64,000 nt of DNA, from positions 248,001-312,000 of the forward strand of contig MCFH01000048.1 in NCBI GenBank assembly GCA_002104945.1, read 5' to 3'. This document shows positions 1 through 12,500 of the stretch, one piece after another. The notes beneath the pieces are model-generated. The model worked only from the letters and a program-made list of their open reading frames with translations, was not told the origin of the DNA and ran no database searches. Numbering within the stretch: the first letter of the stretch is position 1; each line of letters begins with the position of its first letter. The position numbers were made by a program, and so were the translations under genes. Origin of the DNA: Piromyces finnis finn. Taxonomy: Eukaryota > Fungi > Neocallimastigomycota.

Positions 1-310
1 TATTATACTATAGAAATATTAAATATTGCTTTGAAAGAATATAATTCAGCAAGAACTTAATTACTAATAAAATTATAATGTAAATTACTAATGTAATGTT
101 TCTTAGAATATTGGTAATGTAAAGTATTACTAATTAACATTAGCCGCATATTTTAGTATAAAAAATTGTAAATGAATTATTAAAATCTTTGTAATTACCT
201 TTATTAAATTAATTTTAATAAATAAACTTTATAAAACATATATTTATTTTTCAATTTTAATAATTTAAAAATTATGCAATGATTTATAAAAATAAAATTA
301 TCTTTAAAAA

Positions 311-382
311 TGGAGAGTGAGTGATTCGAACACCCAACCTTCCGCTCTGGAGGCGGACGCGCTACCGTTGCGCCAACCCTCC
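311..382 (-). tRNA. tRNA-Trp(CCA)
   Basis: The reverse complement folds to a cloverleaf: acceptor GGAGGGT/ACTCTCC, anticodon arm TCCGC-CTCCAGA-GCGGA, T loop TTCGAAT. Identical to the copy at 41483-41554. Confidence 0.95.
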
Positions 383-398
383 TTTCTTAAAATTTGTA

Positions 399-1020
399 TG
401 TAAGAATAAATACTTATTATTTATTCTTAGTATTAAACATTACAAATAATTTATTTAGTTAATAATCATTAATCCATTAGATTATATTAATATATTTATT
501 TATTATTATAGTTATTTGTTAAGTTAAATATTGTAAATATTTATTTAGTTAATAATTATTCATTCGCTATATTAGATTAATTAATTTATTTAATTATGTA
601 TTTATACATTCATTTATATATATACTTGTATTATAAAAGATAAAACACATACTAATTACATTAATAATATTATACAACTATATATTAGTATGTAATAGGA
701 AATCGGATATTAAGGTTTTACCCGTTATCAACGGTTTTACTTAATATTACGATGATTGGTATGATTAGAATATCAATCAAATAACTTTTTAGGTTTTTCT
801 TCTAGTCTTTTCCTAAAAAGATTCTTGTTAAGATTAGAATGTTCTTAGAAATTTTAATTTAATAGAATAAAACATATAAATAGTACTCTTGAGTTCGATT
901 TGAGAAATCAAGAGTTATTATTATAAGATTAATTATAATAAATAACTTTATACAAAATAATAAGTAATAAAATAAATATTAAAAAAAAAACTATTAAATA
1001 CACAAAATAATTCTGATACA
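399..1020. mobile_element. Diverged family-E-like solo LTR
   Basis: Runs TGTAAG...GATACA. The internal block (aggtttttcttctag...cttttcctaaa...gaaatcaagagttatt) is homologous to family E. It starts 16 bp upstream of tRNA-Trp. Confidence 0.55.
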
Positions 1021-1022
1021 TT

Positions 1023-1851
1023 TGGTTTTGTTTATTATAATTTCTTATAATAAACTCATTAAGTTAAGTTTCTAATTTTACCTTTATTTTCACATTTTAA
1101 TAATAGTTTATATTATTAATTTAAAGCTAATAATTATTACATTGTAGTTAAGGAACCAACAAATAAAGTTATTCTTGTCATAATTAATGATTATGACCTA
1201 ATCCATTATTGTTCCTAAATGTATGAAAACTTTACAATATTCTTATTTGTAAATTAATGTATACACTTAAATTATATTTAAAATTATTAATAATTATTTT
1301 TATTGAACTTAAATTTTATTTTATTAAACTTAAAAATTAATTTAGTAATAATAATATATTGAAAATTATAGTTTATTGAACTTTTAGTTTAATTTATCAA
1401 GTTAATGAATTTTTATTAATTAAAATTATGAATAATATTTCTGTAAAATAGTAAAATTCTTTAGTTAAATATATTTAAAGTAAACTTTTAATGTATGTTA
1501 ATCAATTTAATAATATGTATAAATATTTATTATAATAGTAATGTAATTTTATTATTCATTTAAAAGTAATTTAAAGACTAAAATTAATGTAAATAATTAA
1601 AGACTAATTCTTTTAATTAACACTACTTAATTTTTTACAAAAAGTATAAAAAGGTGTATATTATAAGAATTAGAGAATATACAGATATTTTTATTTTTAT
1701 TTTTATTTTATTTTATAATTTTATATTAATATCTTAATAAAACAATTTTATTAATAAAACAATTTTTCTTATTTCATTTTAATATTATTTTTGAGTATTA
1801 ATAAATTTATTAATATTTTATAAATAAAAGTAAATTCCTCGAACCGTAACA
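1023..1851. mobile_element. Putative solo LTR (family J)
   Basis: TG...CA-bounded segment between two other LTRs, with 2-nt and 1-nt spacers. The end GAACCGTAACA resembles GAACCGTAGCA at ~51794. Confidence 0.3.
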
Positions 1852-1852
1852 T

Positions 1853-2656
1853 TGTGATAAATAATGAAATTAATAAATATAAAATTATTATTAAACCTGA
1901 TTTTTAAGTTAATCCTAAAAGTAACTTAAAACAAGTTATAGTTTAATTAAGTACTTTACCAAAATTCTTAAATAAAATTAATCCTAAACACTGCATATAT
2001 TTTGATTATTGAAAGAAAATAATAAACTTTAATTAATCGAGATCAAAATATATAACTCTTGTTAAATTAATTGTTAAATTAAATATTTAATAACTTCGTT
2101 AGTAAATTACACTTTAAAAGTAAACAAATATAATAATTCATGTTATAAAATAATATAATTAAACACCTTTATTAAAACATTAAAAATAATTATTACTTTA
2201 ATTAATTGTAAAATAAACAACTTTTTATATTCTTTAACTTTTAATTATTTCTTTTATTGTTATTTCTAATTACTTTTATTGTAAATAGTTATTAATTTTA
2301 TTGTTTTAATGTAAATAGTTTAAATTTAAAAGAAAATATAAATACATGTAAATATTCTTATTTTAATCATTATTATTATTATTAATAAAGAAATATTATA
2401 TAGTTAGATTAATATTTTATAATTTTAATAATCACTTTTATACTTAAATAAATAAAATTTTAAATATTTAAATATTAGAAAAACAAGTGTTTCTAATAAA
2501 ACAATTTAGTGTTTTAACAAAACAATTTTATTAATTTTTATAAAAACGATCTTAAATCTTAATCAATATAACTTATATAGTTATAACAAAAGATATAATA
2601 TAATAATCACTTTTTGAAGTAAAATTCAAAATTAAGATTATTATCAAATTATATCA
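1853..2656. mobile_element. Solo LTR family F (TGTGATAAAT...TTATATCA)
   Basis: Has TG...CA ends. Inverted copies lie at 5900-6655 (partial), 28611-29460 and 37840-~38640. Confidence 0.75.
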
Positions 2657-2658
2657 TT

Positions 2659-4157
2659 TGTAAGAAATATTTGTGGCCATAAGTTTGCCCACAAATATTT
2701 CAATTGAAACCTGTGAAGATATTAACTGGATTTAAAACAAATTCAGATAATATCTATAATCAATTAAACATAATAATTAGAATTAAATGATCCCAATAAT
2801 TATTTTAAAACACCTTTAAAAGTCATCTTTTAAATTTTGATTCAGTGAAAGGGTTATGATTTCAAAAAATTTAATATCAATACACTATAACCCTTAGCCA
2901 AAAATAAACAAATACGAAACTACGCATAACTCGCCAAAAACGATCGCTACGGCTGTAAGTGCTACGGCTATGAAACCAGATTTATTAGAAAGCTTAAGGG
3001 AAAAGCTATATTTTGGTATAATCGCGGTCCTTCTAACTGGTCATTTAAGGAAGATATGGTCATTTGAAGATTTTAATAAGTAAATTAAAATTAATATGAT
3101 ATCAAGTATGGATCATAGACATTTCTTATGACTTGACGAAAATTAAAAAGATATCAATAGAAATTCTAATTATATTAATTTAATTAATGATAGTGACTGT
3201 TACTAAAAATAGAACTAAACCATTTAGGTGTAACAGTTAACATTTATAAATTAAATAATTTTAATTATTATAAAATAGGTTAATGGATCAAGTGTTTAAA
3301 TGATTAATCATATGTTTATTTTATTTTATGTCATGACAAAACAAACAAATAAACAAACAAACAATCTTATTATATTATTAACATATTACATGTAATACTT
3401 TATTTTTATCAATTTAATAATCTGAACAAAGAATATAAAATAGAATGAATTGAATTTGATTTTAATTCTTTGTAAAGATTATAGTTATAATCTTAATTAT
3501 ATAGTTATTAAATATATTATAATTTATATTATTATTAATAAATAAATAAAATTTTATAAAAAAAAGTTATTCTAAAGAATAAATATTAATTTTTCATTTG
3601 GAAGTTTAAGGGTTATTTTATATTTAAATTTAATTTCTTAAAAAACATATTTACTATATAATTGATAACATTCTGACCTGGCCGCATAACCAAATCCAAA
3701 AACTTAACAAAACCATATATTCTGGTCACCATTTATTGGCCAGATATATGTATAACCATATATTAATGGTTATTAATTAAATAGGAAGTTTATTTGCTTT
3801 ACCCAATCAAGTGGTAAAGAAAATAAACTAATATAGTTAAATAGTATAGTTAAAACTAACGTTAAATACTTTAGCGTCAGTATTAAAGTAAATTAGTAAC
3901 TATAATAATAATTAATGTATTATAATTATACTAAATAAATAAAAGATATAATTAAAATTAATTATTTAAGTAAATTTATTTCATAATAATATTTATATAT
4001 ACTTGTATTTATTCTTGTGTTATAATATTTATTTTCTTTCTTTTATTATTTTTTATAAAACTTTATTTAGTTATTAACTCGTATAGAGAGGTAATAACTA
4101 ACTTAATTAACTAAATTATATAACTTATTAACTAATATTATAAAAACACCTTTTACA
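2659..4157 (+). mobile_element. Solo LTR of the element-1 family, interrupted by a family-A LTR
   Basis: 2659-2711 plus 3715-4157 match the LTRs of the gypsy element at 9029-22564 (TGTAAGAAATATTTG...CCTTTTACA). Confidence 0.85.
2712..3709. mobile_element. Solo LTR family A (TGTGAAGAT...CTTAACA), shorter variant
   Basis: TG...CA ends and a perfect 5-bp TSD AAACC (2707-2711 / 3710-3714). Confidence 0.9.
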
Positions 4158-4162
4158 AAATT

Positions 4163-5397
4163 TGTCACAATAACATATAAAAATTTAAAAAATTTGGACA
4201 CATGGAAAAAATTGTCAAAATCACAATTCATGAAATTTGACATTTCATGAAATTTCATAATTTTGAATTATTAGTTAAATTAATTAAAATATTAATTTAA
4301 TAATATTTTACTAATAATAGTTTATTTAATATAAATATTAATTGGAAAGCTATTTATTATCCGGAGATAAATAGTGTAACAATTAATTAATATTAAACAA
4401 ACCAATTAGTAAAATAAGATTCATTTAAATAATTATTAATATTATTTTTAACAACTTATTAATATCGATATTTAAAGAAAATTATATTATTATTACTATT
4501 ATATTTTATTAATATTTATATTTATATTATTATACATGTATAACTTAAATTATATTATTATTATACTTTATTAATATCAACATTATATTAAAAATGAAGT
4601 ATAAATAAGTTGAACAAAGAACAACTTTAAGAAGTTCTTTGTGAGATTATTATACTCATTTTTATATAGTAAATTCAATATTTAAAATTAATAATTATCA
4701 TTTATTTATATTATAAAAATTAAATAAAATATTTCTTAAAAAACTATATTTATTACTCTTTTATTTATAAAAATTTATTATTTACTATATAATTAAGCCT
4801 ATCCTAACCTAGTAGACTTAATTATAGTTCTAAATCCACTCTAACTCTTGACAAAAATTAAAAATTTTTTTAAAATTTGAAAATTTGAAAATTTGAAAAA
4901 ATTTCAAAGTATAAAATTTCTAATATTTGAAATTATTAAATTTTTTAAAATTATTAAAATTTTATTATTAAAAATTTTATTTTAAATTTATTAACTATTT
5001 ACAATAATTATATTAATTATTAATTTATAAAAATTAAATATTTTATAATTAGATAATAATTAATTAAAATTAAAAAATGTAATAATTAAAATTGTTCATG
5101 TATAAAAAGAACAAAAATTGACAAAAATTACGAAGCTTTAGCGTTAGTAATTTTTTAACTTAAAGTTAATAAAATTTATAAACTCCTATAAAACCTAAAA
5201 CTTTAAAAAATTTAATATTTTTAATAACTTAATATATGCTGATATTAAGTTATTGTTAAAATAAAAATATTATTTAATTTTCTTTATATAAATATTATTA
5301 GCTTTACGCCTTCAATAGGAAAGCGTATTATATTTGTTAATTAATATAACTAGTGTGCTTACTACACTTTTCTTTAATAAAAAATCGCTTTTTGACA
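4163..5397 (+). mobile_element. Solo LTR family D (TGTCACAAT...TTTTGACA), interrupted by a family-L LTR
   Basis: Matches the uninterrupted 5' LTR at 46424-46941 and contains the self-priming target AGCGTTAGTAA at 5140-5150. Confidence 0.85.
4213..4853. mobile_element. Solo LTR family L (TGTCAAAATC...CTCTTGACA)
   Basis: TGTCA...TGACA ends and a 5-bp TSD AAAAT (4208-4212 / 4854-4858). Confidence 0.9.
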
Positions 5398-5399
5398 TT

Positions 5400-5897
5400 T
5401 GACACAAGTTCAAATATACCTTAATTCTAAATAAGCTTAGAAAGTGGTATATTTGGTGTGTATTTGAATGATTTATTTTTACTTGCTCATTCTACAAGTT
5501 TATATAATTATTAAATATAATTTAAAGTTTTAAAAACACATCTTGTTTTATAATATTAGTTTATTTATTTAAAATAAATGTATAATACATCTCGCTATGT
5601 ATTATAAAAAAAATATATATTAATTTATTATAATTTTAAAATATTCTAATTTTCTTGGCTAATTAGTAACAATCTTTAAAAATAATATTTTCTATTTCTA
5701 TTTATAATAAATAATTACATTTAAGTTTGTTTATAAACAAAAGTTGTTTCTATTTTACATTTTTAAAATTTAATTAAACATTTATATTTTATATTATTTT
5801 GATTATCTACTATTATTTTAATTTATATTAAGTTTATATAATTTTAAAATCAGCTATTCTATTAATTCATTATTTATAAATTTCATTCTTTATCACA
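5400..5897. mobile_element. Solo LTR family G (TGACACAAG...TTATCACA)
   Basis: Near-identical copy at 58555-59051; TG...CA ends. Confidence 0.8.
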
Positions 5898-5899
5898 TT

Positions 5900-6655
5900 T
5901 GATATAATTTGATAATAATCTTAATTTTGAATTTTACTTCAAAAAGTGATTATTATATTATATCTTTTGTTATAAATATATAAGTTATATTGATTAAGAT
6001 TTAAGATCGTTTTTATAAAAATTAATAAAATTGTTTTGTTAAAACACTAAATTGTTTTATTAGAAACACTTGTTTTTCTAATATTTAAATATTTAAAATT
6101 TTATTTATTTAAGTATAAAAGTGATTATTAAAATTATAAAATATTAATCTAACTATATAATATTTCTTTATTAATAATAATAATGATGATTAAAATAAGA
6201 ATATTTACATGTATTTATATTTTCTTTTAAATTTAAACTATTTACATTAAATTAATAACTATTTACAATAAAAGTAATAAAAGTAATTAGAAATAACAAT
6301 AAAAGAAATAATTAAAAGTTAAAGAATATAAAAAGTTGTTTATTTTTACAATTAATTAAAGTAATAATTATTTTTAATGTTTTAATAAAGGTGTTTAATT
6401 ATATTATTTTATAACATGAATTATTATATTTGTTTACTTTTAAAGTGTAATTTACTAACGAAGTTATTAAATATTTAATTTAACAATTAATTTAACAAGA
6501 GTTATATATTTTGATTTCGATTAATTAAAGTTTATTATTTTCTTTCAATAATCAAAATATATGCAGTGTTTAGGATTAATTTTATTTAAGAATTTTGGTA
6601 AAGTACTTAATTAAACTATAACTTGTTTTAAGTTACTTTTAGGGTTAACTTAAAA
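5900..6655. mobile_element. Family F solo LTR (inverted), truncated by a family-A insertion
   Basis: Reverse complement of 1853-2656, lacking the last ~50 bp. Confidence 0.75.
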
Positions 6656-7787
6656 TGTTAAGTTTTTGGGTTTGGTTATGCGGCCAGGTCAGAATGTTAT
6701 TAATTATATAGTAAAAATGTTTTTTAAGAAATTAAATTTAATTATAAAATAACACCTTAAACTCCCAAATGAAAAATGAAAAATTTATATTTACTTTAAA
6801 ATAACTTTTTATAAATTTTTTATTTATTTAATAATAATAATATAAATGATATTATAAGTAACTATATAATTAAGATTATAACTATAATCTTTACAAAGAA
6901 TTAAAATCGAATTCAATTCATTCTCTTTTATATTCTTTGTTCAGATTATTAAATTGATATTAATAAGAATAAAGTATTACATGTAATATATTAGTAATAT
7001 AATTAAATAAGTAATAAGATTGTTTGTTTGTTTGTTTGTTTGTCATGACATAAAATAAAATAAACATATGATTAATCATTTAAACAGTTGATCCTAATTA
7101 GTAATTATAAAAACTATTCAATTAATAATTCATCATTATTAATTGATATTACCATAACATATTTGTTATAATTAAATAATTATTATTTTCAAAATTATTT
7201 CTAATAAAACTTGCCGTTAACCTATTTTATAATAATTAAGATTATTTAATTTATAGGTGTTAACTGTTACACCTAAATGGGTCTAGTTCTATTTTTAGTA
7301 ACAATCGTTATCATTAATTAAATTAATATAACTAAAATTCCTATTGATATATTTTTAATTTCATCAAGTCATAAGAAATATTTATGATCCATACTTGATA
7401 TCATATTGATTTTAATTTACCTAATAAAATCTTTAAATAATCATAACTTCCTTAAATGATCAGTTAGAAGGACCGCGATTGTACCAAATTGTAGCTTTCT
7501 TCCTAAGCTTTCCAATAAACCTAGTTTCATCACCGTAGCACTTACAGCCGTAGCGATCGTTTTTGGCGAGTTACACCTTATTTCGTACTTGCTTATTTTT
7601 GGTTAAGGGTTATAGTGTATTGATATTAAATTTTTGAAATCATAACCCTTTCACTGAATCAAAATTTAAAAGGTGACTTTTAAAAGTGTTTTAAAATAAT
7701 TATTGAAATTATTTAATTATAATTATTATGTTTAATTAATTATAGATATTATCTGAATTTGTTTTAAATCCAGTTAATATCTTCACA
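6656..7787. mobile_element. Solo LTR family A (inverted, 1132 bp) with non-matching flanks
   Basis: Reverse complement of 30217-31348. The left flank TAAAA comes from family F and the right flank CACTT from family M. Confidence 0.85.
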
Positions 7788-7840
7788 CACTTTCTATATT
7801 CCTTTATAGAATTAATATAATATTCCTCTTCGTATCAAAA

Positions 7841-9018
7841 TGTAATAATTCCATTATAAATTATTATATAATAGAATTATTAACTACAATTTATTGATAA
7901 ATTGAGAATAAAAAGAAAATAAATATTAATACTTATCTTTAAGTTCGAGTTTATTATAAGAGTAGAAATAATTTTACACTTTAATAAGTTAATATGTTTT
8001 ATTATAACTAAGTTAAGTAAAATAAAATTAAAAACGCTTTTATTATTATAATTTGTTTCTTATAATAATAACTCTTGATTTCTTAGAAGGGAATCAAGAG
8101 TCTTTATTTATATTATTTAATAAATTTAAAGTTTAAATTAAAATTTTATCTAATCTTAACAAAATAATTTTTTGTTTAGGAAAAGATTAGAAGAAAAACC
8201 TAAACAAAGTTCGATCAACATTCTATACATATTGATCATCGTATATTTTAAGTAAAACCAATTATTTTAGAAATTGGAAAAAACCTTAAAATATCGATTT
8301 CTAAACAATGAATAATTATTTTAAAGTAATTAATTAAATAAATAATTAATTTAATTAATTACTTTTATTTAACTTTATATTTTTATCAAATATATTTAAT
8401 TATTTATTTAATTAATTACTTTTATTTAACTTTATATTTTTATCAAATATATTTAATTATTTATTTAATTAATTACTTTTATTTAACTTTATATTTTTAT
8501 CAAATATATTTAATTATTTATTTAATTAATTACTTTAAAATAATTATTCATTGTTTAGAAATCGATATTTTAAGGTTTTTTCCAATTTCTAAAATAATTG
8601 GTTTTACTTAAAATATACGATGATCAATATGTATAGAATGTTGATCGAACTTTGTTTAGGTTTTTCTTCTAATCTTTTCCTAAACAAAAAATTATTTTGT
8701 TAAGATTAGATAAAATTTTAATTTAAACTTTAAATTTATTAAATAATATAAATAAAGACTCTTGATTCCCTTCTAAGAAATCAAGAGTTATTATTATAAG
8801 AAACAAATTATAATAATAAAAGCGTTTTTAATTTTATTTTACTTAACTTAGTTATAATAAAACATATTAACTTATTAAAGTGTAAAATTATTTTTACTCT
8901 TATAATAAACTCGAACTTAAAGATAAGTATTAATATTTATTTTCTTTTTATTCTCAATTTATCAATAAATTGTAGTTAATAATTCTATTATATAATAATT
9001 TATAATGGAATTATTACA
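7841..9018. repeat. Foldback of two family-E half-LTRs around three 57-bp tandem repeats
   Basis: Arms 7841-8349 and 8510-9018 (~509 bp) are near-perfect reverse complements. The unit ttaattaattacttttatttaac...ttattat starts at 8351, 8408 and 8465. Confidence 0.85.
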
Positions 9019-9545
9019 CAAAACAAAGTGTAAAAGGTTTATTATAATATTAGTTAATAGGTTATTAAATTAGTTAATTAAGTTAGTTATTACCTCTCTA
9101 TACGAGTTAATAACTAAATAAAGTTTTATAAAAAATAATAAAAGAAGGAAAATAAATATTATAACACTAAAATAAATATAAACACTTATATAAATATTTT
9201 ATGAAATAACTTTTACTTAAATAATTATATTTTAATTATATCTTTTATTTATTAATTATAATTATCTACATTAATTATTATTATAGTTATTAATTTACTT
9301 TAATACTAACGCTAAAGTATTTAACGTTAGTTTTGACTATACTATTTAACTATATGAGTTTATTTTCTTTACCACTTGATTGGGTAAAGCAAATAAACTT
9401 CCTATTTAATTAATAACCATTAATATATGGTTATGCATATATTTGGCCAATAAATGGTGACCAGAATATATGGTTTCAATTGAAATATTTGTGGGCAAAC
9501 TTATGGCCACAAATATTTCTTACAATGCCCCCCTAAGGAGAAAAC

Positions 9546-12500
9546 CTAGGCAGGGTTTTGGACACTAACCATGAATTCCTGGTAGCATTTATCTTGAAAT
9601 TCCTTGAGTAGCTTATCATAGTGGGAGTTCTTGTCAATGATATCGGCATCAACCCACTCTTGTCTAAAGTCACTAAAGGTAGCTAAGTATTGGTAGTTAT
9701 CCTTCTTTCTTCTGGCATTCATGATTTTGATAATTTTCTGGTAGCCCACTGGTGCAGGTGTTAGTTCTTCAGGTTTGTTATGGTAGGGCTCAAGTTCACT
9801 GATATGAAACACAGGGTAGACATTGGGGAAAGGTGACTTGCTGATATCTAACCGGTAGTTGAGCTTGCTTTCATCAATTCCAATAACCTTGAAGGGACCG
9901 TACTTTCTTGCTTGTAGCTTGTAGAAGGGAAGAGGGTTGTAATTTTCTGGTTTTCTTAACCACACCAAATCCAGGAGCCTAATTTTAGGGTAGTTAAGTT
10001 CTCTTCTATGGTCCAAATGGTCTAAGAACCGTGTTCTTGATATGTCCAACATGTGCTTTAAGTTACCTAAGTTGTGAGCGAAGCTATCTAATATAGGAGC
10101 TTCACCAAGTGAGTGGACAAGTTCTGAGTCTTGAGGGTTCATATGTACCTGGTAGTTATACAAGGCTAGGAATGGGGACTGCTTAGTAGAACTGTGCACT
10201 GCATTATTATAACAGAACTCAGCTAAGTACAAGTACTTCAACCATTCGTCGTCATCAAAGGTCTTCACAAAGCATCTAAGGTACATACTTACGTAGGAGT
10301 TGTTACGTTCTACCTGACCAACTGTTTCATGATGGCCAGTAGTAGCAAGGTTTACTTCTACGCCAAAGAACCCCATAATGTCCTTCCACAACTTACTAGT
10401 GAACTGGACACCACGATCCGTAGTAACCGATCTGGGACAACCATGTAACTTGAATACATGTTGTAAGTATGCTAAGGCTGTCTCTTTAGCAGTAGGCATA
10501 CTCCTAAATCCCACTAAGTGTATCATCTTGGTTAACTTATCGCTACAAACCATGATACAACCTCTTCTAGTGACTTCTGGGGGTTCTGAGGGACTACTAC
10601 CTGGTTTTCTACGTTCCTTAATAGGTAGGTCCGTCAGGAAGTCAATTTCTACTTCTTGCCAAGGTAAGTCTGCAACTTTTACCCTAGCAGCGCTACCGTA
10701 CGGCTTGTGTCTGTTGTCCTTTTGGGTACAACATATGGTACAAGCTTTAATATATCCCGCAATGTCATCCTTCATTTTTGGCCAGTAGTAGTTTCTGGCT
10801 ATCAGGTCATAAGTTTTATCTTTTCCCAGATGACCTGCTGTTTCACTATCGTGGTTAAGTTTTATGATTGTTTCCCTTAACACCTTTGGTACATATGTAC
10901 GTTCTGGTGCATCCTTTCTAACAATCAACCCATTAACCATCAACCACTTCTTTTTGATGAGCTTGTGGCCTCGTTTTGCGTCAAGACCATCTCTAATTTC
11001 CCTAGCAAGCTCATCCGTGTTGTAAGCTTGTTTCAGTTCTCCCACAAAGCTTACTTCTAACACCGCATAGCACTCTTCTTCCACGGGTGGAAATTCTTTT
11101 ACCTGTTCAGGTCGAAGGAGGCTAGCTTTTTCCATCTCCAGTTGTACCTGTTCTGGAGATACCATTCTTGATAGGATATCGGCTCTACCATTCATTTTCC
11201 CTGGCCGATATATTATTTCGAAGTTGTATGCAGCAAACAGCTCTTGCCATCTTGCCTGTCTTGCTGTCAACAACTGTGGTTTTGTGGCGAACAGGAGATT
11301 CCTATGGTCACTATATACTAGGACCTTATGTTTCGCACCCATTAACAGGTGTCGCCACTCGATGAAAGCATTCCTAATAGCCAACAACTCCTTTTCCGTG
11401 ATGGAGTAGTTGATTTCTGCTTTCGTAAGCTTCTTGGAATAGTAATACACAGGGTGTAATTCGTTGTCATCGCCTAGTTGTGATAGTACACCACCCACCG
11501 CGTAGTTACTAGCGTCGCACTCCACTATGAACTGACGGTCATGGTCAGGATATGCTAATACTGGTGGAGACAACAGCATTTCTTTTAACTTCTCGAACGC
11601 CTGGATGCGTTCTTCATTCCACAGGAACTGTACCTTTTTGGACGTCATAGCATATAACGGCCTTGCTATCTTAGAGAAGTCCTTTATAAACTTCCTATAA
11701 TAGTTGCAGAATCCAAGGAATGACTGTAGTTCTTTAATGTTGGTTGGTTGTGGCCAACTTGCTACAGCTTTTAACTTTTCTGGGTCGGTTTTAATACCAT
11801 ATTTTCCAACTACATGACCCAGGAATGCAAGTTCTTCCTTGTGGAACTCACACTTCGCCAACTTAGCTACTAGACGATTATCTATTAGCTTTTGTAGGAC
11901 TCTTTTTACATGCCCTACATGCTCTTCAAGTGACTTGGAGTAGATGATGATATCATCCAAGTACACTTGACAGCAATCATTGATTTCCTCTGCCAGCACC
12001 GTATTAATGAACCCTTGGAACGTGGCAGGAGCATTAGTCAACCCAAATGGCATCACTAGATATTCATAATGCCCAAACTTGGTTGAGAATGCCGTCTTGT
12101 ATTCGTCACCTTCACGAATACGCACGAGGTTGTAGGCAGACTTCAAATCCAACTTGGAGAAGATAGTCGCGCCTTTCACAGCCTCAAACACTTGACTGAT
12201 GAGTGGTAAGGGAAAGGAGTTACGCACTGTTACCTTATTAAGACGCCTATAATCAGTACATAATCGTCTTTCACCACTCTTTTTGGGCACGAATAACACA
12301 GGATAACCTGCAGGACTTTCTGACTTCCTGATGAAGCCTTTTGCCAGGTTTTCCTCTATATATTCCTTCAGTGCTTTTTCCTCTTCTGGATTGAAGGGAT
12401 ATATAGGCCCTTTATGAAGACTAGCATCCGGCTCCAGGTCGATCTTACAGTCGTAAGGACGGTGTTCTGGTAGCTGGTTAGCTATTTCTTCATTAAATGC

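Noticed and set aside
8351-8521. CRISPR-like direct repeats
   Set aside because: The units are contiguous 57-bp tandem repeats with no spacers, in a eukaryotic context with no cas genes.
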